The position numbers were made by a program, and so were the translations under genes. The notes beneath the pieces were generated by a model. It saw only the letters and a list, made by a program, of their open reading frames with translations, had not been told where the DNA came from and searched no databases. A stretch of DNA of 64,000 nt from Eukaryota sp. TZLM1-RC (taxonomy: Eukaryota; Protista; Metamonada: BaSk clade). Below, piece after piece: positions 9,934 through 23,771 of the stretch (positions within the stretch are counted from its first letter, which is position 1; every line of letters starts with the position of its first letter). Location of the stretch: assembly GCA_040285825.1 (NCBI GenBank), contig JAUPSS010000007.1:272501-336500 (forward strand), in the 5' to 3' direction.

Positions 9934-12780
9934 AATACTGTTCTTAGTGCATTATCGACTAGTGTAGCTCACTGACAGAAAGTTAATTTGATTCATCTTG
10001 TCTGGGGATATGGCTCATGATCAATTTTTTTGATCAATTTCCACCACCTTAACTGATATTTTCTCTTGTAAAAATCATGGAATTGGATTGGAAACAGTGC
10101 TATGACTGGCATCTATTCTGTCTACCCAGCAAAAAACACCCATATCGTCCATATTGAATTATTAAATAGTGCTAAGTCAAATAGACGGACTTGAATGGAA
10201 AGTTTTCAATAACTAATTAAGGCCATGTAGATACAAACAAGTGACATTACAAATGTTGTTACAATTTATTTACATATTTGATTAACAAATCATCCAACAA
10301 AAATCAAGATTTATCAAAAGCATTTCAATTGAGCAGCTTTGTTGTCCTGCTTGAACTTAAACCTATTTAAACAATTATTGTTTTAAATATCGACCAAATA
10401 TTGATGCTTTTGAACACAATACAGTTTAGCCATCCTGGATTTCAGTGTGGAGTCGTAAAAATTCATGAATTATAAAAACGAACGAAAATATTATATAATG
10501 TTGTTTTGTATTTGACAGTTGATGGTTATTGATTCAATTGAACAATTATTGTTTTTCAATAACGATCAGAAAAAGGATTTTGTTTATGTATTTTCTTTGC
10601 GGAGCAGTTAACTAATTTAGGTATAGATCTGTAATCATTCAATAAAGTGAACTGTAAAGAAACGCTTTATTAATAACAATACAATTTTTCCATTAACAAT
10701 TGACGTGAAATAATGAGATTGCAACACTTCTCAACAACCGCTCTTCTTGTGCTTCTATCAACTCAATCCAACAACCATGTATGACATTTTAAAAAGATGC
10801 TTTACGATCATTTACTTGAAATGCAACTATAAACAACTTTCTTCTCGCCGAACCCTCAACAGGAAATGATTAAACCAAAAAAAATCCATTTTTGGCAGAC
10901 CCTAATACACAACCAGAATTGAAACTGTCACAAATGAACTCGACTTCTGTTTACATTTAAGTTTTTGCTATATTGATAACGATTGATCAAAATGGATATT
11001 AACTAAACCGAATTGGTTTGTTTTTTCATAAAACAATTTTCGTCAATTGCATCAGTCAAAATGAAAGTAGTGATTACTTCAAGGAATTCGTTTTCACTTA
11101 CTACTGGTTAAAGTGAGTAATTTTGTTTTTTAATGCATTCGGGAACAACGACAAAATTCTTCATTAGATAAGCTCTTGTTTCTCCTTTCAAATTCTCCTG
11201 TGAACCTAGATGTAGCATTGCTTTCAAAAGTCCCTATGGTTTCTTGGCCCATATTAAGGAGTAAAAGGAAGATTAGTGTTCATCTTTGTATAGTGTCTTT
11301 TAGGTTTTCTTCTTGTGATAAATCTGTTGGTTTCTTTTCCTATATAGTATTTGTGTTGAAATTAGCTGTTCATTTAGGCTTACCTTCAAGGATTTTGATT
11401 CTTCTGTACTTTGCAGTGGTTCGATTTAATAATGAAAAATGAAGAAACAGTTTTACTCTATTTCACTACCGATTCATCAATTTAGTCTTCATGATATTGA
11501 TTTTTTCAGACTATTGCGGTTGTTGAATATGTAATTATTGGATGAACTAAAAGTATTCGTGAACTGAGTTTTTATGAAAATCAGAAACAGTAACTCTTAA
11601 ATCTTTTTCTAGAAGAACGATAATTACGTCACACTATAAATTGTCAAAAAACTCGTTTAAGCCTGTTATCTTTGAAAAAAATTTCTAGACATCTTTATAG
11701 TTGAATCACACAATTCTGAATTTATAATGAAAAAGTTCGGATGTCTATCTAATCCAATAATGCAATCACGATTCTCATTTAAAAAAACAGTAATTTGATT
11801 ATTATTTAGTAACACGTTCCTGTTTTTTTGTGTACAGATTGACAAAAAACAACTTATCAAATGATTGTTTATGACCAGAAGTAAGAAAATCAAAATAAAA
11901 AAATAAGTTATTTTATTATTGAGTTCAATCCGAATTGCGTCTTTAACATGCAAAATGGAAAGGTCAAGTTCAATCGAGGCCAACATTACAAAATTAAATG
12001 TACATTGGAACAGAGCTAACCACATGTGAAAATTTTCTGAAATACTTTGACCACAGATAGTTTTACAATTACCTAACTCCAAATTAGACAAAGGTCTATT
12101 CAACAACTGAATGCTGTTGTGTGCATTGGAAAAAGTTGTAGAGCGGCAAGTACCTGAGTCTGTTCTAACAATAACGACATGAGCTATTTTCAGTTGTATT
12201 ATCAAAAGCAACACCAAGTTTCTAACCGACTCTTCGTTCATTTCAAATCGGTTAAAATCACTATTGCATTTCAGTAATAATTCGGAAAGACATTTGTGAC
12301 GTTTTTGAAGATGGAACTATTGGTGTGTTCTAGCAATGCGCACAAAAACACGTGCTAAACACTGAACACTGAATATCAATTCTGTTAATTTCCATTATCC
12401 CAGCAATGGGCCTAACAAGACAAAATGTCTTTGACAAATAGATCTTGCACATTGTCCTTTTTGAAATCCGTATCATCACAAAATCTTGTTTACAATTTAG
12501 AATTTTGTTTTATGATCAATGTTAGTTTGACCTGATGTATTGGTGAACTGTGATGTGGAAAAATACAACTGATACACTAGCCTGATTTGATGTTGTGAGA
12601 TAAACAACAGTAACTTAACAGTTGCAGAACACCGCACAGGTGTGCAAAACACCGCATAAGTGTTGATCTAGGGGGTTTGTAAGCGTGTTGAGTGCTTTGT
12701 GCTTCTAATATTGTGCCAATGATAGTGTTTATTCTCATTGATTTTCAAACTGTTGAAGATTTTAAATTTATAATAGTTAT

Positions 12781-13796
12781 TCAATCCAAAAGCCGAAGAA
12801 CAGTGCTGCCAATGAGACAGAAATCTAATGTGCCTGATTCTGTTCGAAAACGTGTTTCAGTTTGCTTCGTTCTAACATTACTGATAGTTAATTGATCAGA
12901 AGCAACATTCACATCAATAATGTCCTTTTCATCACATAGTATTGAATTGTCTTCATTGAAATCTGGATGTTGTGGAGAGAAAATGGTGATATCAGTTTCC
13001 ACGGCGTTTGGGAATGAATAAGAGCATTGTACCCCTGAATGGAGCATGCGACCTGAATATAGTGATTGTGGGCCATCCTCCGTGAACCTTAGAGCAACGT
13101 TTCCCTGCATCATCTCAATGCAAAATTGAAATCGCAGGATACAGTGCATTTTATGGGAGGCGACTGCACCAAAAGTACAGTGTTCCGCCATATTGACATA
13201 GACGTTGCCTTCGTTGAAGGTATAATCGCCTTCATAGCTAACGAATTTCACAGTTGGAGGTGGGTGATGAATTTCATCTGTCAAATCGAGTAACAAAGCA
13301 ATTACGCTGTCAGTAGGCCGCTGAGATGACTCTTTTTATGAACAGCGACGACCAAATCATGATCATCATTTTCAATAACTGTCTGGATGAAAGCTCTTCG
13401 CCATTCTGCCGAATTGACCAAGAGTTTTTTCATCATTGCTACGCATTTGTTCATGACAACATCAACATTGAAATAGTGGACCCATCTATAAACCATCAGA
13501 ACGTTGTCTTCATCAAGTACTACTTGTTGACAATAAAGTAGTTTTAGGAAGGTAACAAGACTGTCTGTTGAATAGCGGTGTTCTGATAGATCCCCCTCAC
13601 GCTTGTCCGATTCCTCTACACTGTGCTTGAACCAACCGCGAAAGACTTCAGACCAAATCACAAGAACTCGTTCATGGACGGGAATTCTTTCGTCTCCATG
13701 AATGATGGTGAAGTCAGAGGAGTCATTACCCCATAAGTCAGAGATAGGTGCACATCTTGAAATACGAAAGATGTCTATCCCTCTATTTGTAGACAT
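12781..13796 (-). CDS. BTB/POZ-domain protein with beta-rich C-terminal domain; one frameshift at ~13335
   Basis: SDFTIIHGDERIPVHERVL..WSEVFRGWF BTB motif. Adding one A to the A5 run restores KESSQRPTDSVIALLLDL, colinear with paralogue 37420-38505. Confidence 0.8.
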
Positions 13797-14670
13797 ACTT
13801 GAATGAAGTGAGAACCAATATTGTGATATTATTGAAATAGGTTCGCAGACATCAAATATAATTGGAACATCATCAGTAAATTGTGGTTTGTGCAAATAAA
13901 TCAACATCTTGAAACTAATGAAAAACACAATTTCACATCAGTGTGATATTGATCTGTTTTGCCTTGACAGATCAAAATTTTGTTTTGTTTTTTGGTTTTT
14001 TTCTGATTAGTCCAATGTTATTATTTTAATAACATTAGAAAACCATCTGTGAAAAGAAATTGAGCCGCTGTTGAAGATTTTGTTGATGAAGGACAAGCCC
14101 TAAGTACACAGTTGGAAAAGTTTTGCACTTCCAAACATGGTTCTTCGCAACTTCTTTTTCAGGAATTAGCCACAGAGTTGCTGGACAAGTCTCATCCTCC
14201 TCAACCACCAAAAGGAACTGAAGCGTCTTTTCATCAATGTATGTGAAACATGTAGTGCGAAAAAGTACAAAAAAGTACTACAAAAAGTACGTACTTAACA
14301 AATCTGTACATACACATACTGTAGAAACTCTGTTATTGGAAAAAAATAAATAAAATGCTTCAGTTAGTGAAAATACACAGGACTGTTTTCATGATAAATC
14401 TGAGTCTAATGGTAGGGTGCTTATTTAAGCTTAAAGTACACTTGAAGTACACTTCAGTTCTTTAGAATCCTTCACTTCTTTAGAATCCAGAATCTGGACA
14501 AAACATTATCATTGCAAGAAAACCAATCCAGCATGCCCAAAGATTTTCAAAATTGCTATATCAAAATCTTTAAAAGAATCTAAGAAGTCTAGACAACTGA
14601 AACCTCTACTGTAACTTTAGACATGCTGTAAATGGTTGCTTGAGATGGCTTAAACACCTCATTTATCCCA

Positions 14671-15686
14671 ATGCTTACCTCTGACTTCATTCAAGCAAAA
14701 CCCTCTCAACTAACATCCAATCTGTGGAATGACCAAGAATCATCTGATTTTGCTATTATTTATGGTGATCATACCTTTCATGTACACAAGCACATTCTCG
14801 CGCCTTGGTCTGGTGTCTTTCGTTCTTGGTTCAACAGTCAAATGCATGAGGGAAAGAGTGGAGTATGTGACCTTTCTGAACATAGGTTTGGGGCTCAATC
14901 TTTGCAGGAAGTGTTGCAATATCTCTATTACATCGAGCTGCCATTATCACCTTCTAACATTTACCTCATTTATCGATGGGCTGACTACTTTGGAGTAGAC
15001 GAGTTGATAAAGGGAGTCCTCGAAAAGTTACAAGAACGATTGGGGTGTTATCACTGGCTGCAGCCCGTGTGCTCCCAGATTAAGGAGCACCAGGATGCAA
15101 AACTGCTTGCTACATTGACCAATCTTGCAGTTGAATCTTCATTTGACAATTTGTTAGAAGCATTGCTGTTCATGCAGATTCGCGAAGCAGACAAGACCAT
15201 GACGTTCAAGCCAGTGTTTCACCTTGACTCAGATGAAGAGCCCATTTTTCTCAATGAAGATAAAAATGTTCTCGTTTGCCTCGAGCGTACCCTCGGATCT
15301 TCTACCCCTAAAACAACGCAATGTCCAGTAACAATAACACCAGCTTTCAGGATCATGGTCACTGTAGATTTCAAAATAAGTGCAACTATTGGGCATGTTG
15401 GTATAGGATTACTGAGAAATTGTACAGAAGGTGGTCAAACAGTAGAACAATTTGTTTGGACTAATAGCTCAATTAACGCTTCTAATAGCCCACTTATGTT
15501 GCGAGGGTTGATCATCTCAACAGTGGAGCTATGATTCATATTCATGTTGACCCAAGTAAAGGAGTCTTTCGATTTGAATGTAAGGACTTTTCCAAGAGTT
15601 TCAACTTTACACCACCCGTGGATGACTTTGAAACATTCAATATTGGTTGTTTTGTAAGGGGTGTAACTATACTTACAATTCTTTGA
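14671..15686 (+). CDS. BTB/POZ-domain protein; frameshift near 15490
   Basis: SSDFAIIYGDHTFHVHKHILAPWSGVFRSWF BTB motif. A shifted frame continues ..IHIHVDPSKGVFRFE..GCFVRGVTILTIL*, like the paralogue C-termini. Confidence 0.8.
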
Positions 15687-17332
15687 CCACTGTACCTTCT
15701 GAAAGTAAATTTTGTTTTATGGACAAATTCGCTGTGTATTCAATTACAATGGTTTGGACAAACTCAAAAGCTCAAAAATATAGACAACAATAGTGAACTT
15801 ATTACATCTATATTAATTTGGTGGACACAAATTGGTAATTGTAGTGTTTTCCAAAATATCAAATTCAATTCACGGGGTGTTTCTCAACACCAGGTCATCA
15901 CTCATTCACAAGATGAAATTTGAAGACTCTAGATCACAATTTGCAAGAGGTTTATAATTTATAATCAACCTCTCATAACTTTCCTTATTCAAACCACGTT
16001 TTGGAAATCCAATAAAAGCCATTTATGAACTTAAAATAAATGTAATTTGACATTGTCCAAAGAATCTTCCCCACAGTCGATACCGTACCAATCTATTGCT
16101 TCATTCACAGTAGGAAACAAAACAACTTTGATCTTGACAGAGCAAAGGATCTCTTGTTCATCTATATGAATTCACAACTGTTCGGTAAGAGAAATTATGA
16201 CCTCCGAAACTATTTACATGAAAATATACACTGGCATTCGTTAGCAAGAGTTGTTGCCGAAGAAGAAAAAGTAATCTTGTGACATCTTCAAAGTTTCTAT
16301 GATATTCAAGTTGATGGTGAAAAAATTTATCCAGGCATCTGATGACGAGATTAAAGACTAAGCTCTAGAACACATAGAAGCTCAATTTTGTTTGTAGTTG
16401 ATCCTGCTTTTTGTAAGAATAAAGTCATCCGAATGATTCGGTTCAACAGTAAGAATCGTATTCTCGACAGCATTGAAAAAACGTTTCCGATTACGCTTTT
16501 GATACACTACTTCGATATCTTTCATTTGCAATGATGTCCACAACATCACGTCATCAGGGTCAAAAAAGAGGTGTACTAGTAACTAGTGTATTGAAAGTAG
16601 TGTTTCTGGACGTTTCGCAAACGTGAAAAGGGGTAAACGGAAATACGTGTAGTATAGCACTAGTATTTTCCTTATAACAAGGGTATGAATGCAGAACATA
16701 TATTTTTACGGACTGAATTATGTTTTGAAATTCAACCTGTTGCGGCAATTACTTTAGATACAATGATTTCAAAAAAAGTACCTTGTTGAATTTGAATAAC
16801 CAGCTATACAGTCAGTTATCCTGAGTAACACATACTATCTATCCGGTTACAGTTTGCAAATACAAAGTGTACATTAAACTTATTGATTATTGTTGGATCC
16901 GATCACTTCTTTAAGGAATCAGGTATTATTAAGTCATTATTACCTTGAAATACTTTCAACTATATGTCAAATATCATGTTTCTTGTCATATTCTATATTT
17001 AATTATGAAGCAGTGCACCTTACATATAAGAATTAATTAAAGAGTTGACAACAAGCTGCTTATGACTGTATCCATGTAGGCTACATAATGCCTCAGAATA
17101 TAGAAATGCTGAATAAAAATAACAAAAACACAAACTGCCCAACAATTGTTGGTCCTTTGAACTTGAAACGCAAAAATTAATGCGGCTTTGTTTTTCGAAG
17201 CATGCAAATATTATTGTTTTTGAGTTGAGTAATTTACTTGCATTCACTAATTGTTCGGTATTGTGTATGAGTAACTGTGTATCCTCTTGGGTATTGGTTT
17301 TACTAAATCTTTGATTTTATGTAAAGCGGCAC

Positions 17333-19239
17333 TTTTTTTTAAAACTGGAATATTTATTGAGATAAAAAAAACCCATCTAGAATTCAATATCCTCCAAACA
17401 AGCGTCACTATTACTGAACCTACTCACAGCATTACGTTCATATTCTACACCAGTAGCTAAAAGTGCCTTTGAAATCATTGTTGGAATAGACTTGAAAATG
17501 CAAAAAACAATTCTATTTAACCAGAAAGTGGAGTTCATTGTTTTACCAGACCTATTCAATAACACTTTTTTAAAATTTTCAAAAAAGTGCAACCCTGAAG
17601 GTCCAATATTGCCAAAAAGAGAAATTGCAAACGGAACAAACTGATATTTCACATGTTCCACTCTACCTAACTGTGCCAAAGGTTCTTCATATTTTTTTAT
17701 CTTCTTTTTTTCGGCGTTAGATAACGGCGAATCAGCGGAATACACTAAACGAGCAGCAGAATTTTTGCAAACATCAACTGAGACAACATCTACAACATTG
17801 AGAACACCATCGATCCCTTGAGCTACTAAATCTGCCCTTCTTTTACCAAGGAATCATCAGTTTGATCTGAAGACAGCTTACGTACTAGTGGCTCAATAAA
17901 TGCCTCTATATTGAAACTTTTGCACATGGCATATAATTGATCACGAACTGAGTCATGAACAATTGAGCGATAAGTTATAAAATACTTACAGTTTAAAATA
18001 TGGGAAAGCGTAACAACACTTTTGCAGCGACAAATTAAATCATTTGGTAATGAACAAGGCCATAGAAAACATCTCATTCTCATTGCAGTGGTCCAGTGGT
18101 GATCATTAAGAAGAAGGCCATAAATGTTGGGAATTTGGGAGATTAAGCAACTTGAGCAACTGTCTTCAAGATCAATCAAAAAGTTTGCAAAAACGGGATT
18201 TTTTTCCTTAGCCAAGCTAAGACGTACAATATAATCCAAGTTTTCTAAAACTTTCAAAAAATTGTTTCTGCAATTTTGCAAAAGTCAGTGGTAAGGAGAG
18301 CAAGCTTCTTGAAGGAAGTTCCACAATATCAGAGTAGAAACATTTAGCCCAAATATTGGGTGAAAGAGTTTCAATTTCCTGTTGCAAAGAAATAAGATAA
18401 GAGCTGTCACAATTTTCAATGAGATGAATTTTTTCAGGAAAACGATTCACAAATTCATAAATAAAATTTTTTCCACCTCCAATAAAGGCAGCTTTACAGA
18501 GGTAGCTTGATTTATGAAAATCAACACCACCAAAATTTGTACCGCAAAAAATGTGGCTTCGTAACTGAGATGCATCAATTTCCAATAATTTTGCTAAAAA
18601 ATTGGTTCTTTGTTCATTAAAAATGCGACAAAACTCCAACGAAATTGATGGTGATGTTGATCTCAAAATATGAGTAAATTTTCCAGAATAACAGATTTTT
18701 AGTAAAAAGAATTTCAAATGTTTCTCAATATTTAAATTTTCTATTGATTCTAATTCATTTCCAAATTGAGTCAACAGAGTCGAAAGTTGGCTTTTGACTT
18801 CATCAATATGTCTGAGATAACAACCCAAAAAACGAAAACCAGACTGATCATAATTGATAAAGAAGACATTGACATCATTAATGAAAAAATCAATTGGTTC
18901 ATGGCCAATAATCAAACATTTGGAGATATTCAATGAGAGACCAATATCTTCATAACGATGTTGAATAAAAGTTGCTATTTGTTTCAGAATTGTATCTATT
19001 TCTGGGAATTTTTCTTTTAATTCGCACATTAATGGATGAATTGCCAGACAAAAGAAAAAAAAATAAGTGGATCACCTTGTTTAACACCTGAAGACGAAAA
19101 CGAGTCAAAGTTTTCGTAGACCAATGTGGATGATTTTCCATAAAATGAATAGAAAAAAGGCTCAACTTCAGGAAAATGCTTTCTCAGCAAAGGTAAAATG
19201 GAAAAACGAGAAACAGAATTGCAAGCATTATTAAAATCT
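17333..19239 (-). mobile_element. 5'-truncated family-A non-LTR element (copy A2), lacking YMDD
   Basis: Near-identical to 49805-51750. T-run tail at 17333. A 42-nt in-frame deletion of IVAYMDDISVIAPI at ~18993. Confidence 0.92.
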
Positions 19240-19519
19240 CTTTTTTTAGTGCACATGAACTATTACTGTAAAAACTGTGGATGATCACCAAATGTGGGTT
19301 GCTGTTTGATATTGGATTTGAGGTTTAATGAGATCTTATCTTCACAGTATTTTCAAAGTGATGACAATGTGTACGAAGAAACGCTTTGCGTATTCTGAAA
19401 AAGAAACAATACTATTCTCTTTCACAAAAAGCTAAAGATGTTTATTGAATATATTTTTTATTTTCAAAAATACAAAAGGAGTTCGCCCAAAAATTTGATC
19501 AACAATTCTATTCTTTTGG

Positions 19520-19998
19520 TAAAAAATAGAGGTAATTTAATGCTTGAAGGACTTGATGGGACCACTATCATAACTGATGTGTGTAATAATTCTTTCATAC
19601 CATTAGCTCAGTCAAAACACAAGAATCCGCTGTCTGTTACAAAAATTTTTAAAATTGACAAATATAAAGCAAAGTTGCTATTCTTGAATGCCGAATCTCA
19701 CACTCATTATGTCCTTTGTCCTGTTGCTTTTTCGTTACATGGTACGCTTGTACCACCTGCTTTATCCTTTTTGGATGATTTTGTTGAAATTGTAAAACAC
19801 CGAACAGGAAGTATTTTGACAAAACGTTTTGGCAGACTGGATTTTTTTCCAATTTTTAAAGGTTATGTCCCCTTATTGTCTTATTTATTATCTTGTAAGC
19901 GCTCCTATGCAGGAAAAACTTCTAGTAATTTCTTTTTGACTGATTTGGGATATGATGATTTAGAATTTTAATTTTGTTGTTCAGTTTCTTAGAGGAAT
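19520..19998 (+). mobile_element. 3' fragment (endonuclease domain) of family-D non-LTR element
   Basis: RG.L...DGTTIITDV...K..KYK...CPVAFSLHG endonuclease region ending DLGYDDLEF*. Its 3' UTR is interrupted by copy B1. Confidence 0.7.
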
Positions 19999-22900
19999 CT
20001 AAAATTTATATTTATTGAATTTGCACACTTGATTAAATTAAATCATAACTAATGGGACGACTATCATTAAACCAAGATTTCCTCTACAAAATCTTGATTT
20101 GCTTGCTGTCTAGCTAAAGCTTCTCTAATTCGATTGAAAAACCGCGGTAATCTATTAATAATGGCAAATTGAATCCGTGAACGCCATAAAAAAATATCAA
20201 ATCTTTTCATTGTTTTTTCTTTCACCATTTTTTGGAAGTCATCCAAAAAAGTTTCTGCTTCAACTGATAATCTTCCATTTATCGAAAATGGGAAAGCAAT
20301 AAAAACCAGCTGTGTATTTCTATCGACATTTGAATCTTCAATTTCTTTATCATATTTTCTATGTTTTTCTTTTGCTTTAAAATCAAGAGCAGCCATAGGA
20401 TTAAGTTTTCTTCTGTGAACCAAAGTATAATTTGCAACATTACATGAGACAAAGTCAACAATAGCTTCAGAATTATCAAGCCAATCACAGTATACATCAT
20501 TTCTATCATCGGAACCAAAATTATTCAGAGAAAGTGTTTCCTTCAGCAGGGGCTCTTTGATACACGATATCCTTGCAGTTTGTGCCATATTGAAAACAGT
20601 GTCTCTAACAGCATCATGTAATGAAGAACGATAAGTTATCAATTTAGAGCAATTTAGAGCATGGCGCAAAGTGAGTTGAGGTGAATTCGAACAAATACAT
20701 TTTTCTTTTGATAATAATTGGTTAATGGGGATGTTCAGATATAATCTCATTTTTGTTACAAATGCTTCATTAGTGGCACACAATCCAAATCTTCGTGGTA
20801 CAATGGTTACAAAAAGTGAAGAATCTGACGCCTTGTTTTCACAAACACCCTTTTCCAATAACAATGAGTGAAGATCTTGATTTAAAACAGCCGAGCTGCA
20901 AATATTATTATAAAGATCTTTTCATACATTCCAGTCAATCTTTTCTGTAATGTTCGAAGAGTGTACTTCAAATTTAAAACATTTTTTTCTGGAATATTGC
21001 CATTGAATGATTGGGGAAAACATCGACCCCATTTTTCTACATCAATTCTTGAAATTTCTTCATTTAATGCAAAAACAGTGGAACTTTGCGTTGTCATCAA
21101 TAAATCTTCCCAATCTGCAAATCTTTCGGAAAACTCAAAGATTGCATTTCTGCATCCACCAACAAAAAGCACACGAGGTAAGAATAGAAGCCTTCGTCCA
21201 CCCTAAACCACCATAATGTGGACTAAGGTAAGCATGATCTGGAATTTGAAACATTTTACATCCCAATAATTGAGACAGAACTTTTGCACGTAACTCATTA
21301 AACTTTTTGAGCCAAAGGTCTAGTGACGAGAGGATTTGTAGATCGAAATATATGATTAAAATTGGAACTAAAACACAGTCTTATAATGGTAAATTTGATG
21401 TGTTTTTTTATATCTAAATTCATCATTCGGTCAATTTTGTCAGAAATTGAGTTCAACTTTTCAAACAATTTTTGGTAATTTCATCATTATTTCCTAAAAA
21501 TGAACCCAAATGACGAATAGCATCAATTGAATATAATTTGGCTTGAATTTCAATATCATCAATTATTGTGGAAACTGGAGAATTCGATAACAAAACACAT
21601 TTAAGTAAATTAAGTCGGAGACCAATTTTGGTAAATAATTCTTTAAAACATACAGTTGCTTTTTTCACAATATTTAAATCACCAATAAGCACAACATCAT
21701 CCATATATGCAATCATTTTTAGCGAAGGAAACATCTCTTGAATTTGCAGTAGAATAGGATGAATGGCCAAACAAAGCAAAAGAGGTCCTAACGGATCTCC
21801 TTGCTTTACGCCACTTGATGAACTCAAAATGTTGTTACCAAAATGTAAATTAGAATATGTGCAATATGTTGATTGAAAATATGGTATTAATTCCGGCATA
21901 TATTGCAATAGAGCACCATGGATACTGCGACGACTTAGCGAATTGAAAGCATTACTAAAATCCAATGACATGCAAACATTGGATTCATTTTGACGAAATA
22001 AGACATCAGTAGCAAAAATCGCTGAAGAGACTCCATCTGTAGTATTTATACCATATTGAAAGGGTAATAAAATCTTTTTTGCTTTTTCATTGAACCTGCT
22101 TAAGCAACACGCAGAAAAAATATTGTGTAAGCTCTCAGAGACTGCAATAGGACGAACATCCATTTTTGAATTTTTGACAAGTGCAGTCAAACGAGAACTT
22201 CTTAATTCTTCTGGGTATTTGCGTTGACCAGATAATATTTGGTTGAAAAATTTGGTCAATAAACCAAGGCAATCTTCTGAAGAAATAATCGCGGCATTTA
22301 CATGATCAATAGTAATACCAGAAAGTCCGGCAGACTTACCACGAGGTCTCTTTTTGATAACCGAAAAAACTTCTGATGGCATCAATGGATAATTTTCCCA
22401 GTATGTGCCGTAAAAATTTTGATCCATTATAGGGTCTTCATAAGGATGAAGTATTTTCAGTTTATCTATTGTATTTTCATTGTTCGGTGCTTTGACTCCG
22501 GGACTTAAAGCTGACAAAGCCTTGGACCATTTGTTGTCAAAGCATTTGTCTTCAAAAATTTTACTTAATTTCTCGGATGACTGATTTCTCGGTGCTATAG
22601 TAGTTAAATCTTCGGAAATATTAACGAAATTTTGTTCAAAAGGAGGACAAAAAGAACCAAAAAATTCCCAAATAATAATGATAGCATACTTTCCTTTACA
22701 TAATTGATCCAAAAATCTTTGAAAAACGAAAGCAAATTCATTGCATTTGGTCGGATGAATTTCTTGAGGTATTCTTATAGGAGGATGGTAGTTATCAACT
22801 ATGCGGCATTTCAAGCAGCGATCAGAAGTTTTTCCTTTTGCATTTTTTCTAAAAGAAATACCACAAGTGTTGCAAGTTTTGTGCTTTAATCGGTTGCTAA

Positions 22901-23344
22901 CTGGTTTTGCAACAACTTGTGGAGCATTATTTATGGGTTCTACCTTAGACTCTTTCCTTCTAATAAATTTTCTTTTACATTTTGTTTCAGAATTTGCCGC
23001 ATCATTTTTTCCAACATTGGGGCATGTTCGAGCATTATGTCCCTGTTGTCGACACTTTGAGCATCTGTAGGAGCGTGGCTTTGTTTTTAAACAAACTTTT
23101 TTTTCATCGTGATTGTCTAAAAATTCTTGATCAGAATTTTTTTTGTCCAAAAATGAAGAGAGAAGAGGTTGAGGAGGAGAGGTGGAAAGGACGTCTTGAG
23201 CATCTTGTTGACTATCGTTCTTTCTTTTGACTCCATTAGAATCAGAAACTGATTCAGGCATCAACAAGAAAGAATAGAAGCAATGATCTCGGTTCAGCCA
23301 GGTTTTAAGTTAAACGGTTATATGTAGAGGAAGAAAAAAAATTC
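19999..23344 (-). mobile_element. Full-length family-B CRE-like non-LTR retrotransposon (copy B1)
   Basis: ORF from 23261 to 20067 (frameshifted): CSKCRQQGHNARTC knuckle, CxxC..CxxC, RT (RPIAVSE, GVKQGDPLGP, YMDD), C.C..H...C finger, endonuclease R.D..D..K..KY. TSD TAGAGGAAT at 19990-19998 / 23345-23353. Confidence 0.93.
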
Positions 23345-23771
23345 TAGAGGAATAAATTAATTGTTCAAAAACAAATTCTTCCAGTTCAATTTTGAGAAAT
23401 TGAAAAACAGCTAGATTTTGTTCAATAGTTTTTACCAAAAATTCAAAATAAGGAAAAGTATGAATTAATTGACAAAATATGAAATAATGAAGTTATGAAA
23501 TGTTTGGTTTGATATGTTAACTGTCCAATGGCAATGAATCTTTAAAATCAACAACCAGAATTCGTTGTTCAGAAACACATCCAAATTCTCTGTATTCAAG
23601 ATTGAAACTTTGACTGTACGTACAGTTAGTGAAGCTTTTGATTTTATGCATTTCAGAAGAAGTTTATAAAACATTGTTTTCTTTGCAGAAAATTCCTATT
23701 TTATTTGCAAAAACAGATTCTGTGTATTTTTTTAACTTAATTGCCAATTCAACTACTTTTCAACTAACAAA

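Noticed and set aside
11666-12241. 191-aa ORF as a real gene
   Set aside because: No recognisable motif and low-complexity AT-rich second half; probably a decayed relic.
17323-19255. TSD for copy A2 (agcggcac / agtgcac)
   Set aside because: Only 4 exact bases match; not distinguishable from chance.
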